From Candidatus Hydrogenedentota bacterium (GTDB taxonomy: Bacteria > Hydrogenedentota > Hydrogenedentia > Hydrogenedentales > SLHB01), in contig CAXXYE010000009.1 in the NCBI GenBank assembly GCA_963674865.2, forward strand, positions 1,792,001-1,856,000: DNA of 64,000 bases. The letters run 5' to 3'. This document shows, one piece after another, positions 1-9,206 of the stretch. A model generated the notes under the pieces. The model did no database searches. It worked only from the letters and a program-made list of their open reading frames with translations, and had not been told where the DNA came from. Position numbers and translations under genes: made by a program. Each line of letters starts with the position of its first letter. Position 1 is the stretch's first letter.

Positions 1-763
1 ACAGCACGACGCCCGCTGGATTCCCGACGGCTGCCCCGGCGCCGGTGACATCCTCATCTTCAACAACGGCCAGAACCGCGAAGGCCTCGGTACCGGCTAC
101 TCCACCGTGGACGAGATCGCCCCGCCCGTTGACACGGCTGGCGCCTACGCCATGACCTCCGGCGTGTACGGCCCCGCCGCGCCCCTCTGGAGCTACGAGG
201 CCGATTCCCCGGAGGACTTCTACGCCGCCCGCATCTCCGGAGCCCATCGTTTGCCCGACGGCAACACCCTCATCTGCGAAGGCACATCCGGCCACTTCTT
301 CGAGGTGACCGACGCCGGCGAAGCCGTCTGGCGCTACGTGAATCCCGTGACGCGCGACGGCATCGCCGCGCAGGGCGAATCCATCCCACAGAACCTCGAT
401 GGCAGCTACCAGAACGAGGTCTTTCGCGCCACCCGCTATCCCGCCGCCTATCCAGCCTTTACCGGCCGCGACCTGACGCCCGGCGACACCATCGAAAGCT
501 ATCCCGCGACAGGCGGCGAAGGAGAAGGTGAGGGCGAAGGCGAGGGAGAAGGTGAAGGCGAGGGAGAAGGCGAAGGTGAAGGTGAAGGCGTGGGAGAAGG
601 CGAAGAGGCGATTGGGCCGAGCGGGTGCGCCGGCATAACAGGCGCGTCACCGGGAGGCCCCGCCGCTGGGAGTGACATACTCGCCCTATCGACGGCCATG
701 GTGGCTCTGGCCCTCACTGGAATGCGACGAAAGCGGACCTGCGAAGCGCCATGGCGCCGGTGA
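1..763 (+). CDS. Arylsulfotransferase-like (ASST-type beta-propeller) protein, 5'-truncated by window edge, with Gly-Glu repeat linker and C-terminal membrane anchor
   Basis: ISGAHRLPDGNTLICEG...FEVT...VWRY and VFRATRY motifs typical of ASST-like propellers; (GE)n tract; hydrophobic tail ending RRKR. Confidence 0.7.
   Translation, partial: QHDARWIPDGCPGAGDILIFNNGQNREGLGTGYSTVDEIAPPVDTAGAYAMTSGVYGPAAPLWSYEADSPEDFYAARISGAHRLPDGNTLICEGTSGHFFEVTDAGEAVWRYVNPVTRDGIAAQGESIPQNLDGSYQNEVFRATRYPAAYPAFTGRDLTPGDTIESYPATGGEGEGEGEGEGEGEGEGEGEGEGEGVGEGEEAIGPSGCAGITGASPGGPAAGSDILALSTAMVALALTGMRRKRTCEAPWRR
514..606 (+). repeat. Coding Gly-Glu dipeptide repeat (GGN GAR)n
   Basis: Translation GEGEGEGE...GVGEGE directly visible. 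Confidence 0.95.
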
Positions 764-793
764 TGCCACCCTACGAGTCATCCCACAAACGAA

Positions 794-829
794 AGCGCCA
801 GTGGTTCGTCCACGCAAACCACTGGCGCT
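794..829 (-). terminator. Hairpin terminator downstream of tRNA-Arg (possibly bidirectional)
   Basis: 13-bp perfect stem AGCGCCAGTGGTT / AACCACTGGCGCT between convergent genes, followed by a T-rich run on the minus strand. Confidence 0.65.
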
Positions 830-842
830 CAAGACATTAAAA

Positions 843-918
843 TGGCGCGCTCGGCGCGATTCGAACGCGCGACACCTGGCTCCGGAGGCCAGTGCTCTAT
901 CCACTGAGCTACGAGCGC
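843..918 (-). tRNA. tRNA-Arg (anticodon CCG)
   Basis: Reverse complement GCGCTCGTAGCTCAGTGGATAGAGC...CTGGC-CTCCGGA-GCCAG...GTTCGAATC...CGAGCGC-G-CCA forms a full cloverleaf with encoded CCA. Confidence 0.97.
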
Positions 919-1197
919 GCTGAGAAAAACCCAACGCCGATCAGATCCGAATCATAGCACAACGATTCCGGGGCCGTCCACCAGAGTTGCAACTCCGCAT
1001 CGCCGGCTAACTCGACCGCGCCGCGCACACGGCGCCTCGAATCCCCTCGTCTCTCGATGCCTACTTACCAGCCCGGCCACCGGGCTTGCAAAGATCCTGT
1101 CCAGCGCACTACAATGCCGGAGCCTTGCATCGAAGGGCCTGCGGACGGGAACAAGCCTTTCGGTAAGAGGGAAATGCGCTCAGTCGGATACCAGTAA

Positions 1198-2106
1198 ATG
1201 CCCCGTATACCTCTTACAGAAGGCGGACCCGACAAAGGGGGCAACTACGAGTACCATTGGTCGGGGCCGTTTCTTGAGATTCATTTCCTCTCCGATGTCG
1301 GCAAGTCACGCCGGCACAACGAGGACTCATGCATACTGTCGGCCCCGGAAGAGAAAGCCCTGGCCGACAAGCGCGGCATACTCACGGCTGTCGCCGACGG
1401 CATGGGCGGCGCCAGCGCGGGCGAGTTCGCAAGCCGCCTCGCCTTGCAGTCCATCTCCGAGCAGTACTTCGTTGCCGCCGCCGACACCACGCCGCTCTGC
1501 CTGCGGAAAGCCCTCGAACATGCCAACCGCCGCGTGTTCGACGAGGCAGAGCACAATCCCCGCTACCAAGGCATGGGCACCACCGTCTCCGCCCTGGTGC
1601 TCAAGGGCCAGTGGGCGTACGGCGCACAAGTCGGCGATAGCCGTATCTATCTCGCTCGCCCGAAACTCGACATCTGCCAGCTCACCGACGACCACTCCCT
1701 CGTCGCCGAGCAAGTACGCAATGGATTCATCACCGAAGACGAAGCCCGCAACCATTCTCTCAAGAATCTGATCACCCGCGCCGTGGGCATCCGCGACACC
1801 GTAAGCGTCGATCTGTTTGCCATACGCGCCGAGGTGGGCGACACCTTCCTCATATGCTCCGACGGCCTGTCCAACATGGTGACGGACGACGCCATCGGCC
1901 AATGCCTGGCCATGGATAATCTGCAAGGAAGCGCCAGAGTCCTTGTGGGACGCGCCCTCGAAGAAGGCGGCAGCGACAACGTCACCGTGGCCCTCCTGCG
2001 CATCACCGATGTCCCCCCGAAGACGGATCTCGAAAATGGCGCGACGGAGATCGTGCCGCCGGGCTCCGGGCTTCTCGGTAAGCTCAAGCGCCGGCTGCTC
2101 TCCTAG
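1198..2106 (+). CDS. PP2C-family Ser/Thr protein phosphatase (Stp1/PrpC-like)
   Basis: SDVG..R..NED, VADGMGG, GMGTT, VGDSR, TDDHS, CSDGL, GGSDN motifs. Confidence 0.93.
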   Translation: MPRIPLTEGGPDKGGNYEYHWSGPFLEIHFLSDVGKSRRHNEDSCILSAPEEKALADKRGILTAVADGMGGASAGEFASRLALQSISEQYFVAAADTTPLCLRKALEHANRRVFDEAEHNPRYQGMGTTVSALVLKGQWAYGAQVGDSRIYLARPKLDICQLTDDHSLVAEQVRNGFITEDEARNHSLKNLITRAVGIRDTVSVDLFAIRAEVGDTFLICSDGLSNMVTDDAIGQCLAMDNLQGSARVLVGRALEEGGSDNVTVALLRITDVPPKTDLENGATEIVPPGSGLLGKLKRRLLS

Positions 2107-4235
2107 CTTCCGGATACCTGCCCCGCCCAGGCCTCATACGCTGCCCGTATGTCTTCCGGACTGGTGAACGGCTTAATGACCACCCGGGCTCGATAGCCGT
2201 ACGTCTTCCCCTGTTCCGGCTCGCGAACGACGAACTGCCAGTCCCACGCCGGACTATGCGGATCGGGCCGCCCCGCCGCGTCCGCGATGAAATTCCACAT
2301 GGCGAAGCGGATCGGGGCGCACCGATCGAACATCATGATATAGGCCAGCGTGTCGCCCTCTGTCGCCAGGGCGCCATCCCCGTCTACAAGCCCATAGTAG
2401 AAGGGAAGCGAGAACTTCTTCGTCGGATGTTCGACGATATTCAGCGACTTCGAGTCCGCTTCATACGGCAGATCGTCCACGCCGGCGTAGGAGATCGTCC
2501 CCGTCTCGAAGCCTTCCGCCGTGTTCTCCCCGAAACTGACCCAGCCTTCACGCTCGCCATCCATCCCCCAGAAGTGGATCTTCCTGTCCCGCGTGCGGTT
2601 CATGTAGCTCGCCCACATGAACGCCGCGTACCCCAGCGGGAAATGCTCTCTCGTGGGCGTCAAGGAGCATTCCAGATCGACGACGCCCGGCGACTCGAAC
2701 GTGTACCGCATCGAGCAATCCACGCCCCAAGCCGAGTCCTCCGCCGGCCAATGCAGCGTCGCCGAGCGCTCCGAATGCCGCACCAGCGTACACGGGTCCT
2801 TCCGCGGCGTAAACATCGATATCTCCGCATCCGCGTCCGTCCCGTTGAAAATATGCTCGAAATTCAAGCCCACGGAATCCTCGCGGTAAATGCTCTTCCC
2901 GAGGTATTCCCCGTAATAAAGCGGATTGAGGCCGCCGCCCGCCCGGCCTGCGTTGGCCAGGTTATCGCGCAGCCGCCCCCGGAGCGCGCCGCTTTCGAGA
3001 TCCGCGTGATGACCGCCCTCCATTACGTACTTGATCCGCCGGTTCGCCTCCTGCAACGCACTCAGCAAGTAGCTTCGATGATTTGTGGCCGACACGTTGA
3101 TCGTCGCTTCCTGCTGCGGCAGGTCGAAGTTCCACAACGCCGCCAACGGCGCTTCCTCAAGTTCAATCGCGTTCAGCAGCATGAAGTTCTCTCGCCGTGC
3201 CGCGTCCCTCGCCTCAGGCTTTTCGGAGTCCGGCGCACCAAACTCGCCCACAAAGACCGTCTTACCCGCCCGCCCGGCGGCCTCCATGCTCAAATGCAGC
3301 AACTCCTCATACGCCGTGTAACTCTGCCCGAACCGGCCCTCATGATCGTGCGGATAGAGATGAATTGATACGAGGTCATGTAGATCCGGCGTGACCTCCA
3401 GTAGATTTGCCGCGAACTCCTCCCGGCTGTCCTGCGTCCACGCGCCCTCTGCACGGAGGTGATGGGCCGCCGACCGCGGCAGGCTATTCCCCGTCGTTAT
3501 CGGACGCCGCGCGTCAAAGCGCCGCACCACCTTGGCGAACTCGCGAAGCGCCGTCACAACCATGTCCTGCGTCATGTCATCCGCCTCACTGCGCGTCGTC
3601 GCCGTACCCAACTCAGGATGGATCCACGGCCGGTGCTTCGCCGCATTGGGCAGGTCGGCCGCAAGACTGTACTCGTTCCCGAACTCCCACGCCCAGATGG
3701 CTTCTGAATCCACATAGCGAAGGACCACTTCCTCGGTATAGGCCCGCATGAACGCCATCGTCTTGCTCTCGGGATCGCCCCAGGCGCTGCGCGGCTCACC
3801 CACCAAGTCGGGAACGCACGCCGCATACCAGAATAGACTCGGAATGAGGCCGATGCCGTGCTTCCCGGCGGCATCAACGACGTCGTCCAGCAGCTTGAAG
3901 TACGCCTCCTTGTCGGCCCTGTGGAGTTCGTAATCCACCGGCCAGAAGCCCCCCGCCATGAATCGTACGAACGGGATATCGTGCTTCGCCAATTCCGCAA
4001 AGCCCTCGCGATAACTCGTATCCTCCGCGTCCTTGAGTCTGCGGCTGAATGCGCTGAAGTAGTTGATACCGATGCCCCGGTATGGCGCGCCATCCCGTAG
4101 AATGACGCCGCCGGGGCCGACGCTGATCCCATTAGCCATGGAGACGTCTACCTCCTCCGTCCCCGCAACCGAGTAAACGACAAGAAGTGCACAAGCAGCA
4201 GTACGTAGCCGGCCGCGCAGTGTCTGAATACCCAT
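2103..4235 (-). CDS. Secreted GH5-like glycoside hydrolase fused to a C-terminal beta-rich domain
   Basis: WAWEFGNEY (acid/base) and VFVGEFG (nucleophile) clan GH-A motifs; N-terminal signal-like segment; extra ~300 aa C-terminal domain. Confidence 0.75.
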   Translation of the reverse strand: MGIQTLRGRLRTAACALLVVYSVAGTEEVDVSMANGISVGPGGVILRDGAPYRGIGINYFSAFSRRLKDAEDTSYREGFAELAKHDIPFVRFMAGGFWPVDYELHRADKEAYFKLLDDVVDAAGKHGIGLIPSLFWYAACVPDLVGEPRSAWGDPESKTMAFMRAYTEEVVLRYVDSEAIWAWEFGNEYSLAADLPNAAKHRPWIHPELGTATTRSEADDMTQDMVVTALREFAKVVRRFDARRPITTGNSLPRSAAHHLRAEGAWTQDSREEFAANLLEVTPDLHDLVSIHLYPHDHEGRFGQSYTAYEELLHLSMEAAGRAGKTVFVGEFGAPDSEKPEARDAARRENFMLLNAIELEEAPLAALWNFDLPQQEATINVSATNHRSYLLSALQEANRRIKYVMEGGHHADLESGALRGRLRDNLANAGRAGGGLNPLYYGEYLGKSIYREDSVGLNFEHIFNGTDADAEISMFTPRKDPCTLVRHSERSATLHWPAEDSAWGVDCSMRYTFESPGVVDLECSLTPTREHFPLGYAAFMWASYMNRTRDRKIHFWGMDGEREGWVSFGENTAEGFETGTISYAGVDDLPYEADSKSLNIVEHPTKKFSLPFYYGLVDGDGALATEGDTLAYIMMFDRCAPIRFAMWNFIADAAGRPDPHSPAWDWQFVVREPEQGKTYGYRARVVIKPFTSPEDIRAAYEAWAGQVSGS

Positions 4236-4317
4236 CGTCGCCCGTCCTCACCATCATTCCGCGGTTTTCGCCGGAAGAACACTACCACACCACACCGCCG
4301 TACCCCACCTCAACTTC

Positions 4318-5045
4318 CCGGCCCCACAAGGGCTCGCGACCACGCGTTCGGCGGGGAGGGTCACGCTCCTGCGTGACCGGGGGCGCCCACCCAGGCGCCA
4401 TGCCGCGCACAAGACCGCCGACCGTCTCGCCTTCCCCCCACGCAGCCGGTGCCCTGACTCCGGCCCTGCAAGGGCCGCGACCACGCGTTCGGCGGGGAGG
4501 GTCACGCTCCCGCGTGACCGCAGGCGTGCAGGGGCCCGCCCCACCCAGGCGCCGCCATGCCGCGCACAAGACCGCCGACCGTCTTGCCTTCCCCCCACGC
4601 AGCCGGTGCCCTGACTCCGGCCCTGCAAGGGCCGCGACCACGCGTTCGGCGGGGAGGGTCACGCTCCCGCGTGACCGCAGGCGTGCAGGGGCCCGCCCCA
4701 CCCAGGCGCCTCCATGCCGCGCACAAGACCGCCGACCGTCTTGCCTTCCCCCACGCAGCCGGTGCCCTGACTCCGGCCCCACAAGGGCCGCGACCACGCG
4801 TTCGGCGGGGAGGGTCACGCTCCTGCGTGACCGGGGGCGCCCACCCAGGCGCCATGCCGCGCACAAGACCGCCGACCGTCTTGCCTTCCCCCACGCAGCC
4901 GGTGCCCTGACTCCGGCCCCACAAGGGCCCGCGACCACGCGTTCGGCGGGGAGGGTCACGCTCCCGCGTGACCGGGGGCGTGCAGGAGCCCGCCTCTCCC
5001 AGGCGCCATGCCGCGCACAAGACCGCCGACCGTCTTGCCTTCCCA
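4318..5045. repeat. Tandem array of 5 composite REP-like units (periods 141, 157, 156, 141 bp)
   Basis: GGGGAGGGTCACGCTCC(C/T)GCGTGACC hairpin starts at 4353, 4494, 4651, 4807 and 4948, with near-identical linkers. Confidence 0.93.
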
Positions 5046-5073
5046 CCGTGCCGCCACTCGGTACCCCGACACC

Positions 5074-5155
5074 CCGGCCCTGCAAGGGCCGTGCATACCA
5101 GCCCGGCGCAACGCGCCGGGAAACCGTCATACACCAGGACAAGCCCTGCAAGGGC
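5074..5155. repeat. GCCCTGCAAGGGC / CCCGGCGCAACGCGCCGGG palindromic REP-like element
   Basis: Two GCCCTGCAAGGGC palindromes flanking a hairpin. Confidence 0.6.
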
Positions 5156-5358
5156 GTGACAACCCGTCGTTTTAGCCCCCTACATCCTCACGGAACATTC
5201 GCATCTTAAGTGGTGTTTAAGTTTGGGGTTAGCGTACCCTACGTCCAAGACGCGACCGCAACGCAACGCATACCACTTCCTGTGGAACGCAGCGGTTGAA
5301 CCGTTTCCCGCGCCTGGACTATGCTCTCGGCAGGTCATTCTTGGAGATGTTTAACGTC

Positions 5359-7206
5359 ATGCGACTCAGCGACATAGTCAACAATGGGCGTAGCCGCTGG
5401 TGGTTCTGGCCGGCGGTCGGCGCCGTAGTCCTCGTGCTCATCCTGAGCGTGGCGGCTTTTCGACGCCCAAACCACGGCTCCGGTAGCGCCGGCGACATTC
5501 CCACCTACGAGGTCCAGCAAGGCCCCCTCGTGATCAGCGTAACCGAAGCCGGCACCATCAAAGCCAGAGAACAGGTCGTTCTCAAGAGCGAAGTCGAAGG
5601 CCAGGCGGCTATCCTCTCCCTCATACCCGAGGGACAGGACGTCAAGAAGGGCGACCTCCTCGTCGAACTCGACGCCAGCGGCCTTCAAGACCAGCTTATT
5701 GACGAACAAATCAAGGTCCAAAACGCCGATGCCTCCTATGTCGCCGCGCGCGAGAACCTCGCCGTTGTCAAGAACCAGACCAAGAGCGATATAGAAAAAG
5801 CCCAATTGACCCTCCAGTTCGCCCGGGAGGACCTCACCAACTACGTAGAAGGCGATTTCCCCACCGAAATCAAGTCGTCCGACGCCAAAATCACCCTCTC
5901 TGAGGGCGAACTCAAGCGCGCCGAAGAGCGCCTGGCCGGCTCGAAAAGGCTCTTCGAAAAGGACTTCATCACCGGCACCGAACTCAGGGCCGACGAGCTT
6001 TCTGCCGAGAAAGCGCGGCTAGATCTCGAGCTCGCCCAGGCCAACAGAGCCCTCCTCAGCGACTTCACCTACAAAAGGACCATGACCCAGCTCGAGAGCG
6101 ACGTGCAGCAGGCCGAGCTGGCCCTCGAACGCGTGAAGCTGAAGGCCAACGCCGACATCGCCCAGGCCGAAGCGCAGTACAAGGCCAAGGAATCCGAGTT
6201 CAGGCGCCAGCAGAGCAAGCTCGAAAAACTTGAGGCCCAGATCGAGAAAACAAAGATCTATGCCCCCATCGACGGTATGGTTGTCTACGCCACCACCGGG
6301 CAGGGAAACTGGCGCGGCAACACCGAACCTCTTGAAGAAGGCCAGGTCGTTCGCGAGCGCCAGGAGCTGATCCACCTCCCCACCGCGTCCTCCGTGATGG
6401 CCGAGGTCAAAGTGCACGAGTCCAGCCTGAGCAAGATCAAGGTCGGCCTCCCCGTTCGCGTCACCGTCGAGGCCCTTCCAGGGAGATCCTTCACGGGCCG
6501 CGTCCAATCCATCGGCCTCTTGCCCGACGCCCAAAGCGTCTTCCTCAATCCCGACCTCAAAGTCTACAACACCGAGATCTATCTCGATGGCGACGGCAGC
6601 GGCCTGCGTACCGGCATGAGTTGCCGCGCCGAGATCATCGTCGAAGAGTACCCCGATGCTGTCTACGTGCCCATTCAGGCCGTCGTGCGCGTGAAGGGCC
6701 AGCCCACCGTGTACGTCGTCAACGGCCGCAATAGCGAGCCGCGGGCCGTCGAACTCGGCTTCGACAACAACCGCGTCGCACGAATCATCAGCGGCCTCGA
6801 AAAGGGTGAGCGCGTCCTCTTGGCCCCGCCCCTGGCGCCCGCCGACGACGAGGGCGGCGGTGATTTCACTGCAACCGGCGACGCCACTGCTCCGCCCACC
6901 GAGCCGGTGCGAAGGGAGGCCGCCGCGCCCCCATCGCGTCCCCCGTCCGAATCCCCGCCCGGCGCCCGCCCGGCGGGACCTCCTAGTGTCGACGGCGGCG
7001 GCAGCCCCGGACGTGGCCCACGGCCCGATGACAACGCCTCCCCCGAGGAGCGCGAACGTAGACGCGAGGAATTCCGCAAGCGCATGGAAAGCATGTCTCC
7101 CGAGGAGAGAGAGCAAATGCGCCAGCAACGCGGCTCTCGCGGCGACCGTCCCGAGCGCTCCGGGGACCGGCCGAGACGATCCGAAGCCGGAGACCGGCCC
7201 GAATGA
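5359..7206 (+). CDS. Efflux periplasmic adaptor (MacA/HlyD-like membrane fusion protein); start codon uncertain
   Basis: N-terminal TM, EGQDVKKGDLLVELD lipoyl half-motif, long coiled coil, IYAPIDGMVV, LRTGMS; Pro/Arg-rich tail. Confidence 0.9.
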   Translation: MRLSDIVNNGRSRWWFWPAVGAVVLVLILSVAAFRRPNHGSGSAGDIPTYEVQQGPLVISVTEAGTIKAREQVVLKSEVEGQAAILSLIPEGQDVKKGDLLVELDASGLQDQLIDEQIKVQNADASYVAARENLAVVKNQTKSDIEKAQLTLQFAREDLTNYVEGDFPTEIKSSDAKITLSEGELKRAEERLAGSKRLFEKDFITGTELRADELSAEKARLDLELAQANRALLSDFTYKRTMTQLESDVQQAELALERVKLKANADIAQAEAQYKAKESEFRRQQSKLEKLEAQIEKTKIYAPIDGMVVYATTGQGNWRGNTEPLEEGQVVRERQELIHLPTASSVMAEVKVHESSLSKIKVGLPVRVTVEALPGRSFTGRVQSIGLLPDAQSVFLNPDLKVYNTEIYLDGDGSGLRTGMSCRAEIIVEEYPDAVYVPIQAVVRVKGQPTVYVVNGRNSEPRAVELGFDNNRVARIISGLEKGERVLLAPPLAPADDEGGGDFTATGDATAPPTEPVRREAAAPPSRPPSESPPGARPAGPPSVDGGGSPGRGPRPDDNASPEERERRREEFRKRMESMSPEEREQMRQQRGSRGDRPERSGDRPRRSEAGDRPE

Positions 7207-7916
7207 CCTCGGTAGTAAGCGGCTCCGCTAACGGCCTCGTCGCTCAGATCGAGGACGTTGAGAAGATTTACAAAATGGGCGCCGAGGCCGTCCACGCCCT
7301 CGCCGGTGTGTCTATCGGCTTTCAACGGGGAAGCTTCTACGCCATCATGGGCGCCAGCGGCTCGGGCAAGAGCACCATGCTCAATCTCCTCGGATGCCTC
7401 GACCGCCCCACCTCCGGCCGCTACATACTCGAAGGCCATGACGTCAGTACACTCAACGACGACGCCCTGAGCGATCTCCGCCTTCGCCACCTCGGATTCA
7501 TCTTCCAGAGTTTCAACCTCATTCCCCAGCTAAGCGTCCAGGAAAACATCGAATTGCCCCTCTTCTACCTCGGTTGGGAGGCCGAGAGGAGCGCGGCCCA
7601 CGCGCGCGAACTCGCCACGCTCGTCGGCCTGGGAGAACGCCTCGAACACCGCCCGATGGAACTTTCCGGCGGTCAACAGCAGCGCGTCGCCGTCGCACGC
7701 GCCCTTGCCAACGACCCCGCCATCATTCTCGCCGACGAACCTACAGGCAACCTCGACTCCGCCACCGGTGAGCAAATGATGCGTCTTCTACGCGATCTTA
7801 ACGGCGAGGGTAAGACCATTATCATGGTGACCCACGAGCCTGACATCGCCGCCTACGCCCAAGTCCGCATCCATATGCGGGACGGCCGCATCGACCGCAT
7901 CGAGGATGACGCCTGA
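7203..7916 (+). CDS. ABC transporter ATP-binding protein (MacB/LolD-like)
   Basis: [36 protein letters not shown]. Confidence 0.95.
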   Translation: MTSVVSGSANGLVAQIEDVEKIYKMGAEAVHALAGVSIGFQRGSFYAIMGASGSGKSTMLNLLGCLDRPTSGRYILEGHDVSTLNDDALSDLRLRHLGFIFQSFNLIPQLSVQENIELPLFYLGWEAERSAAHARELATLVGLGERLEHRPMELSGGQQQRVAVARALANDPAIILADEPTGNLDSATGEQMMRLLRDLNGEGKTIIMVTHEPDIAAYAQVRIHMRDGRIDRIEDDA

Positions 7917-9184
7917 TGCATCGCTCCAAAGTCCTGCGACACATCCGCCTTGGAGTCAAAAACCTCCTCCTCCACAAGCTCCGCTCCATGCTCACTATGC
8001 TCGGCATGGTGTTTGGCGTCGGCAGCGTCATCGCCATGCTCTCTGTCGGCGAAGGCGCCAGCCGCAAAGCCCTCGATGACATCCGCAAGCTCGGTAGCAC
8101 CAACATCATCGTCAGCGCCATGAAACCCGTCGAAGACGAGGCCCAGACCACCACCCGCACCCGCATGAGCGTCTACGGACTCCTCTACGACGATGAAGCA
8201 AGAATCAAAGAAACCTTCTCCGCCGTTGCCCGCACCGCCCCCGTCAAGCTTGTCCGCAAGGAGGGGCGTCTCCACGAACGCTCCCTCGAACTCCGCGTCG
8301 TCGGCACCACGCCCGAGTGGTTCGACCTTGTCCGCCGGCCCGTCGTCGCCGGAAGGGTGCTTCTCAGACGCGACACGCAGAGCCACGCCAAAGTCGTTGT
8401 GCTCACCGAGTACGGCGCGCGCCGGATCCTCGCCACCGAAGGCACCATCGGCCAATCGCTCCGCATTGGGAGCTACTACTACGAGGTCATCGGGATCATC
8501 AAGAGCGAGAGCAGCCAAGGCGGCAGCATCCAGACCCCCGATCAGGAAGTCGACGCCTATATCCCCCTTAATGTCGCGCGCGGCCTGTACGGCGACATCA
8601 CCTACCGCAGAACCACCGGAAGCCGCGAGATGGAGCACGTCGAACTCCATGAGTTGATCGTCGAGGTCAAGACCAACGAAGACGTTGAACCTACCGCCAC
8701 GGGCATCGAGGCCATGCTCGAGCGGTTTCACAAGCGAAAAGACTACCGCATGAGCGTGCCCCTCGCCCTGCTCCGTCAGGCCGAGGCAACCAAGCGCACC
8801 TTCAACATCGTCCTTGGCTCCATCGCCGGCATCAGCCTCCTCGTCGGCGGCATCGGCATCATGAACATCATGCTCGCCTCCGTCACCGAACGCACCCGCG
8901 AGATCGGCGTCCGCCGCGCCATCGGCGCCAAACGCAAGCAAATCATCACTCAGTTCCTCGTCGAAACCGTCGTGTTGTCCATGGCCGGCGGACTCATCGG
9001 CATCGGCATCGGCGTGGCCATCCCTTGGATTATCACCCTTATCGCCGGCATGCCCACCGTCGTCACCGCCTACAGCCTCATCCTCTCTGTCGGCATCAGT
9101 ATGGCCGTCGGCATCCTCTTCGGCATCTACCCCGCCATGCGCGCCGCCAACCTCGACCCCATCGTCGCCCTACGGCACGAATAG
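7916..9184 (+). CDS. ABC transporter permease (MacB/FtsX-like)
   Basis: RSMLTMLG, ISLLVGGIGIMNIMLASVTERTREIG, YPA.RAA.LDP..ALR.E. Confidence 0.95.
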   Translation: MHRSKVLRHIRLGVKNLLLHKLRSMLTMLGMVFGVGSVIAMLSVGEGASRKALDDIRKLGSTNIIVSAMKPVEDEAQTTTRTRMSVYGLLYDDEARIKETFSAVARTAPVKLVRKEGRLHERSLELRVVGTTPEWFDLVRRPVVAGRVLLRRDTQSHAKVVVLTEYGARRILATEGTIGQSLRIGSYYYEVIGIIKSESSQGGSIQTPDQEVDAYIPLNVARGLYGDITYRRTTGSREMEHVELHELIVEVKTNEDVEPTATGIEAMLERFHKRKDYRMSVPLALLRQAEATKRTFNIVLGSIAGISLLVGGIGIMNIMLASVTERTREIGVRRAIGAKRKQIITQFLVETVVLSMAGGLIGIGIGVAIPWIITLIAGMPTVVTAYSLILSVGISMAVGILFGIYPAMRAANLDPIVALRHE

Positions 9185-9206
9185 CGCTGGAATCCCGGCG
9201 TTCTCG

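Noticed and set aside
843..918. Genomic island integrated at tRNA-Arg
   Set aside because: No integrase nearby, and I saw no duplicated tRNA 3' end in the window.
4318..5045. CRISPR array
   Set aside because: Sequences between the hairpins are near-identical rather than unique spacers, the period is 141-157 bp, and no cas genes are present.
4187..5209. Long ORFs across the repeat array
   Set aside because: Repetitive Arg/Pro/Gly translations in several frames on both strands are a by-product of GC-rich repeats.
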